Below are positions 60,776 to 64,000 of a stretch of 64,000 bases of DNA, piece by piece. Location of the stretch: contig CAIRHO010000004.1 in the NCBI GenBank assembly GCA_903878415.1, positions 44,831 to 108,830 on the forward strand, written 5' to 3'. Position 1 is the first letter of the stretch. Every line of letters begins with the position of its first letter. The notes beneath the pieces are model-generated. The model had not been told where the DNA came from. It did not search any database and was given only the letters and a program-made list of their open reading frames with translations. Both the position numbers and the translations under genes were made by a program. The DNA comes from an uncultured Actinomycetes bacterium (GTDB lineage: Bacteria; Actinomycetota; Actinomycetes; Nanopelagicales; Nanopelagicaceae).

Positions 60776-62113
60776 CTATAGCCCAAGTTCTGTTAGTGAT
60801 TTGGAGAGAAGTTCGATTCCCAACTTCGCGTCGCTCTCTGAAATGTTGCACGGTGGCACCATGTGAATTCGGTTGAAGTTATTAAATGGCATCAAACCAT
60901 TCTTTTTACAAGTTGCAACAATCTCATTCATTTTTGGACTAGACGCACCATATGGCGCAAGTGGTTCACGAGTATTGCGATCGGTAACCATGTCCATTCC
61001 CCAAAAAACTCCGGCGCCACGAATATCGCCAATGACGGCATGCTTCTTCGCTAGTTCATGTAAGCCTGGGCCAAGAATCTTTTCGCCAATAAATGCTGCA
61101 TTTTCCACCATTTTCTCGCTCTTCATCGCAGCAATAGTGGCTACCGCGGTGGCGCAAGCTAATGGGTGGCCAGAGTAAGTGAGGCCACCTGGGAAAACTC
61201 GCTCATTAAAAGTTGTTACTACTGGATCAGAAATTATCACGCCACCAAGCGGGAGGTAACCTGATGTAACACCTTTAGCGAAAACAATTAAATCTGGGAT
61301 TGATTTTGAGTGTTCGAACCCAAACCATTTTCCAGTTCTGCCAAAACCTGACATAACTTCATCTGCAATCCAGAGAATTCCATATTTATCACAGAGCGCA
61401 CGTAGCCCATCTAAGTAACCAGCAGGTGGCATAAGAACTCCAGCAGTTCCTGGAACGCTCTCGATTAATATTGCGGCAATTGTGTTTGGACCTTCAAAAA
61501 TAATAGTTTGCTCTAAATGTTCTAGAGCACGTTGGGATTCTTCCGCTTCGTTAGTTGCCCAGAATGCCGTCCGATATAGGTAAGGTCCCCAGAAGTGAAC
61601 ATGTCCGTAACCAAATTCATTTGGGAACCGACGTGGATCACCAGTTGCATTAATAGCGGATCCGGTATTGCCGTGATAAGAACGATAAGTTGAAAGTATT
61701 TTATGTTTATTTGTATGCAGTCTTGCCATTCGAATTGCATTTTCAATTCCATCAGCGCCGGCATTAGTGAAGAAAACTTTCTTAAACTTATCGCCGGCTA
61801 ATTCTAAGATCTGCTTGGCAGCTTCATTACGAGCTTCGTTTGCATGCTGTGGCGCAATAGTTGCGAGAATGTCAGCTTGCTCTTTAATGGCAGCAATAAC
61901 TTTTGGATGTTGGTGGCCAATGTTTGTAAAAACTAATTGACAGGAAAAGTCTAGATATTTCTTGCCAGTGAAATCCCAGAAGTAAGAACCAGCACCACTT
62001 GCAATTACCATTGGATTGATTTGGGCTTGCGCTGACCAGGAATGGAAAACATATGCTCGGTCGTCAGCAAAAACTTTCGCGGCTTTATCTGGATTATTTT
62101 CTGGGGTGTTCAC
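60776..62113 (-). CDS. Class-III (omega) aminotransferase (beta-alanine/taurine:pyruvate aminotransferase-like).
   Basis: It is 445 aa with a PLP-lysine context (FAKGVTSGYLPLGG) and the ADEVMSGFGRTG motif. The start is GTG. Confidence 0.8.
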   Translation of the reverse strand: MNTPENNPDKAAKVFADDRAYVFHSWSAQAQINPMVIASGAGSYFWDFTGKKYLDFSCQLVFTNIGHQHPKVIAAIKEQADILATIAPQHANEARNEAAKQILELAGDKFKKVFFTNAGADGIENAIRMARLHTNKHKILSTYRSYHGNTGSAINATGDPRRFPNEFGYGHVHFWGPYLYRTAFWATNEAEESQRALEHLEQTIIFEGPNTIAAILIESVPGTAGVLMPPAGYLDGLRALCDKYGILWIADEVMSGFGRTGKWFGFEHSKSIPDLIVFAKGVTSGYLPLGGVIISDPVVTTFNERVFPGGLTYSGHPLACATAVATIAAMKSEKMVENAAFIGEKILGPGLHELAKKHAVIGDIRGAGVFWGMDMVTDRNTREPLAPYGASSPKMNEIVATCKKNGLMPFNNFNRIHMVPPCNISESDAKLGIELLSKSLTELGL

Positions 62114-62222
62114 GGTGCTCCCTTTGTTTTCTCTGAATTATGCGCCAATTTAAGCACTTTTGTGACCTATTTGGTAGATGAAGCGGTAATGGGCGGAGTC
62201 AAACCTCAAGTATTGTGGGCAT

Positions 62223-63707
62223 ATGAAAACTATTTCGCATTGGATTAATGGCGCAGTTACAAATGAAAAATCTGAGAGAAGCGGTGACGTATTTAATCCC
62301 GCGACTGGAAAAATTTCTGGCAGCGTAAATTTCGCAAGTACAGCGACTGTAGATATGGCTGTTGGTGTTGCCGCTAAAGCTTTTAACGAGTGGCGCCATA
62401 GTTCACTAACAAAACGCACTCAAGTGCTCTTTGCATTTCGCGAACTAGTAAATGCTAATAAAGAGAAGATTGCCGCGTTAATCACTGCCGAACATGGAAA
62501 AGTATTGAGCGATGCGCTTGGCGAAGTAACCCGAGGCTTAGAAGTTGTGGAATTTGCTTGTGGCATCCCACATTTACTAAAAGGTGGATTCTCTGAAGAA
62601 GTTTCTACTGGTGTGGATGTTTATTCAATTCGCCAACCGCTTGGTCCAGTCGCAATCATCTCGCCATTTAATTTTCCAGCAATGGTCCCAATGTGGTTCT
62701 TCCCAATCGCAATCGCGTGCGGAAACACTGTGATTGTTAAACCTTCCGAAAAAGATCCAAGTGCAATTATGTATGTGGCCGAGCTTTTGAAAGCAGCCGG
62801 ATTACCAGATGGTGTATTTAACGTCGTTCATGGCGATAAAGAAGCTGTCGATGCGCTACTTACACACCCTGGCATCAAATCTGTTTCATTTGTGGGTTCA
62901 ACACCGATTGCTAAATATGTTTATGAAACTGGAACTAAATCTGGTAAGCGCGTCCAAGCACTTGGCGGCGCAAAGAATCACATGGTAGTTCTCCCAGATG
63001 CTGATTTAAATCTGACAGCAGATGCCGCAATTAATGCTGGCTTCGGTTCAGCTGGCGAACGTTGCATGGCGATTTCTGTGGTCGTAGCGGTAGAACCAGT
63101 TGCCGATGCTTTAATCGAGAAAATCAAAGAAAGAATGGCGAAAATCAAGACTGGCGACGGTACACAAGGCGCTGATATGGGCCCACTTGTTACTAAAGTT
63201 CACCGCGACAAAGTAGCTTCATATGTAACAGCTGGTGAAAAAGAAGGCGCAACTTTGGTTGTTGATGGCCGAAATGTAAAGGTAGATGGCGAAGGTTTCT
63301 GGCTCGGGCCAACTCTGTTCGACAACATCACCACCGAGATGTCTATCTATAAGGAAGAAATATTTGGACCGGTGTTAAGCATCATTCGAGTTAAGAGTTA
63401 CGAACAAGCATTGAAGTTAGTTAACGATCATCAATACGGAAACGGCACTGCAATTTTCACTAATGACGGTGGCGCTGCTCGTAGATATCAAAACGAAGTT
63501 GAAGTTGGCATGGTCGGAATTAACGTTCCAATTCCAGTTCCAATGGCTTACTTCTCATTTGGCGGTTGGAAGAATTCTTTGTTCGGAGATTCGCATGCGC
63601 ACGGTACCGAAGGAGTTCACTTCTTTACTCGTGGAAAAGTAATTACAAGTCGTTGGTTAGATCCAAGCCATGGCGGTATTAACTTAGGTTTCCCACAAAA
63701 TACCTAA
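62223..63707 (+). CDS. mmsA: CoA-acylating methylmalonate/malonate-semialdehyde dehydrogenase.
   Basis: It has the HWINGA...FNPATG N-terminus and the aldehyde-dehydrogenase catalytic Cys context GSAGERCMA, both typical of MSDH. Length is 494 aa. Confidence 0.85.
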   Translation: MKTISHWINGAVTNEKSERSGDVFNPATGKISGSVNFASTATVDMAVGVAAKAFNEWRHSSLTKRTQVLFAFRELVNANKEKIAALITAEHGKVLSDALGEVTRGLEVVEFACGIPHLLKGGFSEEVSTGVDVYSIRQPLGPVAIISPFNFPAMVPMWFFPIAIACGNTVIVKPSEKDPSAIMYVAELLKAAGLPDGVFNVVHGDKEAVDALLTHPGIKSVSFVGSTPIAKYVYETGTKSGKRVQALGGAKNHMVVLPDADLNLTADAAINAGFGSAGERCMAISVVVAVEPVADALIEKIKERMAKIKTGDGTQGADMGPLVTKVHRDKVASYVTAGEKEGATLVVDGRNVKVDGEGFWLGPTLFDNITTEMSIYKEEIFGPVLSIIRVKSYEQALKLVNDHQYGNGTAIFTNDGGAARRYQNEVEVGMVGINVPIPVPMAYFSFGGWKNSLFGDSHAHGTEGVHFFTRGKVITSRWLDPSHGGINLGFPQNT

Positions 63708-64000
63708 TTAGCCACGAATTGTTTTTGCAAATTCCTTAAAGTCATTAACCATAAAGTCTATTTCGGCTTGACCATGCGCCAAACTAATTAACCATTGCTC
63801 GTCTAATCCTGGCGGCGTGATTACGCCATGATTGAGCGACCATAAGAACGATAGTTCTGCAATTTGGAAGTTTGTGGCTTTGTAATCGCGGTAGTTGCGA
63901 ACCGGTGTATCAGCCCAAGTTATGCAACCTTTGACCCCAAAACCAACGGTATGGGCTGGTAATTCGTATTCGTCGATAACTTCACGGATTCGAATCAACG
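63708..64000 (-). CDS. C-terminal fragment of a class-III aminotransferase-like protein. The gene continues beyond the window end.
   Basis: The ORF is open to the window edge. Its stop abuts the mmsA stop (TAA|TTA). The C-terminal sequence resembles the GSA-aminomutase/aminotransferase class III small domain. The assignment is weak because only about 96 aa are visible. Confidence 0.45.
   Translation of the reverse strand, partial: LIRIREVIDEYELPAHTVGFGVKGCITWADTPVRNYRDYKATNFQIAELSFLWSLNHGVITPPGLDEQWLISLAHGQAEIDFMVNDFKEFAKTIRG

Noticed and set aside
60765-60851. A 29-aa N-terminal extension of the ABC-2 ATPase ORF overlaps the aminotransferase 3' end.
   Set aside because: The canonical ABC N-terminus starts at ATG 60764 (MTSLISARSLTKTYG). 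That site lies 11 nt after the aminotransferase stop, and the extension has no ABC homology.

Overview
This is a 64-kb, very gene-dense, moderately AT-rich bacterial chromosome segment. Intergenic space is minimal, many genes overlap by 1-4 nt, and GTG/TTG starts are frequent. Tat-type signals, Pro-Thr linkers, an LldD2-like lactate dehydrogenase, a sugar ABC operon lacking its own ATPase, and a leaderless-looking promoter suggest a streamlined low-GC actinobacterium (freshwater acI/Nanopelagicales-like). That assignment is inference only. The window has three blocks. (1) 1-15.6 kb is a cell-surface block. It holds a giant repeat protein that is 5'-truncated by the window edge (over 3557 aa, roughly two dozen FN3-like domains plus several Ig-like module types). 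Its stop overlaps (GTGA) the start of a 922-aa paralogous secreted protein ending in an OmpA-like peptidoglycan-binding domain. A convergent AT3-SGNH acyltransferase and a tRNA-Arg(ACG) follow. (2) 15.6-50.8 kb is a mosaic of oxidoreductase and sugar-acid catabolic operons: ribokinase, a CUT1 ABC importer, an enolase-superfamily dehydratase, FAH hydrolase, SDRs, KDPG-type and DHDPS-type aldolases, LldD, a GntR regulator and PPDK. Two atypical thiamine-diphosphate (TPP) E1 modules sit here: E1 alpha/beta with an orphan 82-aa lipoyl protein, and a short AceE-like E1. No E2 core or E3 is present. (3) 50.8-64 kb holds a 12-gene co-directional string (class-III aminotransferase, ABC-2 exporter, MhpD-like hydratase, Ldh_2 reductase, Dpp-like importer), plus mmsA. 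I saw no rRNA, CRISPR array, transposase or integrase. The most interesting items are the giant-protein/anchor pair, the E2-less lipoyl/E1 cassette, a recurring TGTnnACA operator-like motif, and intercistronic hairpins in both ABC operons.
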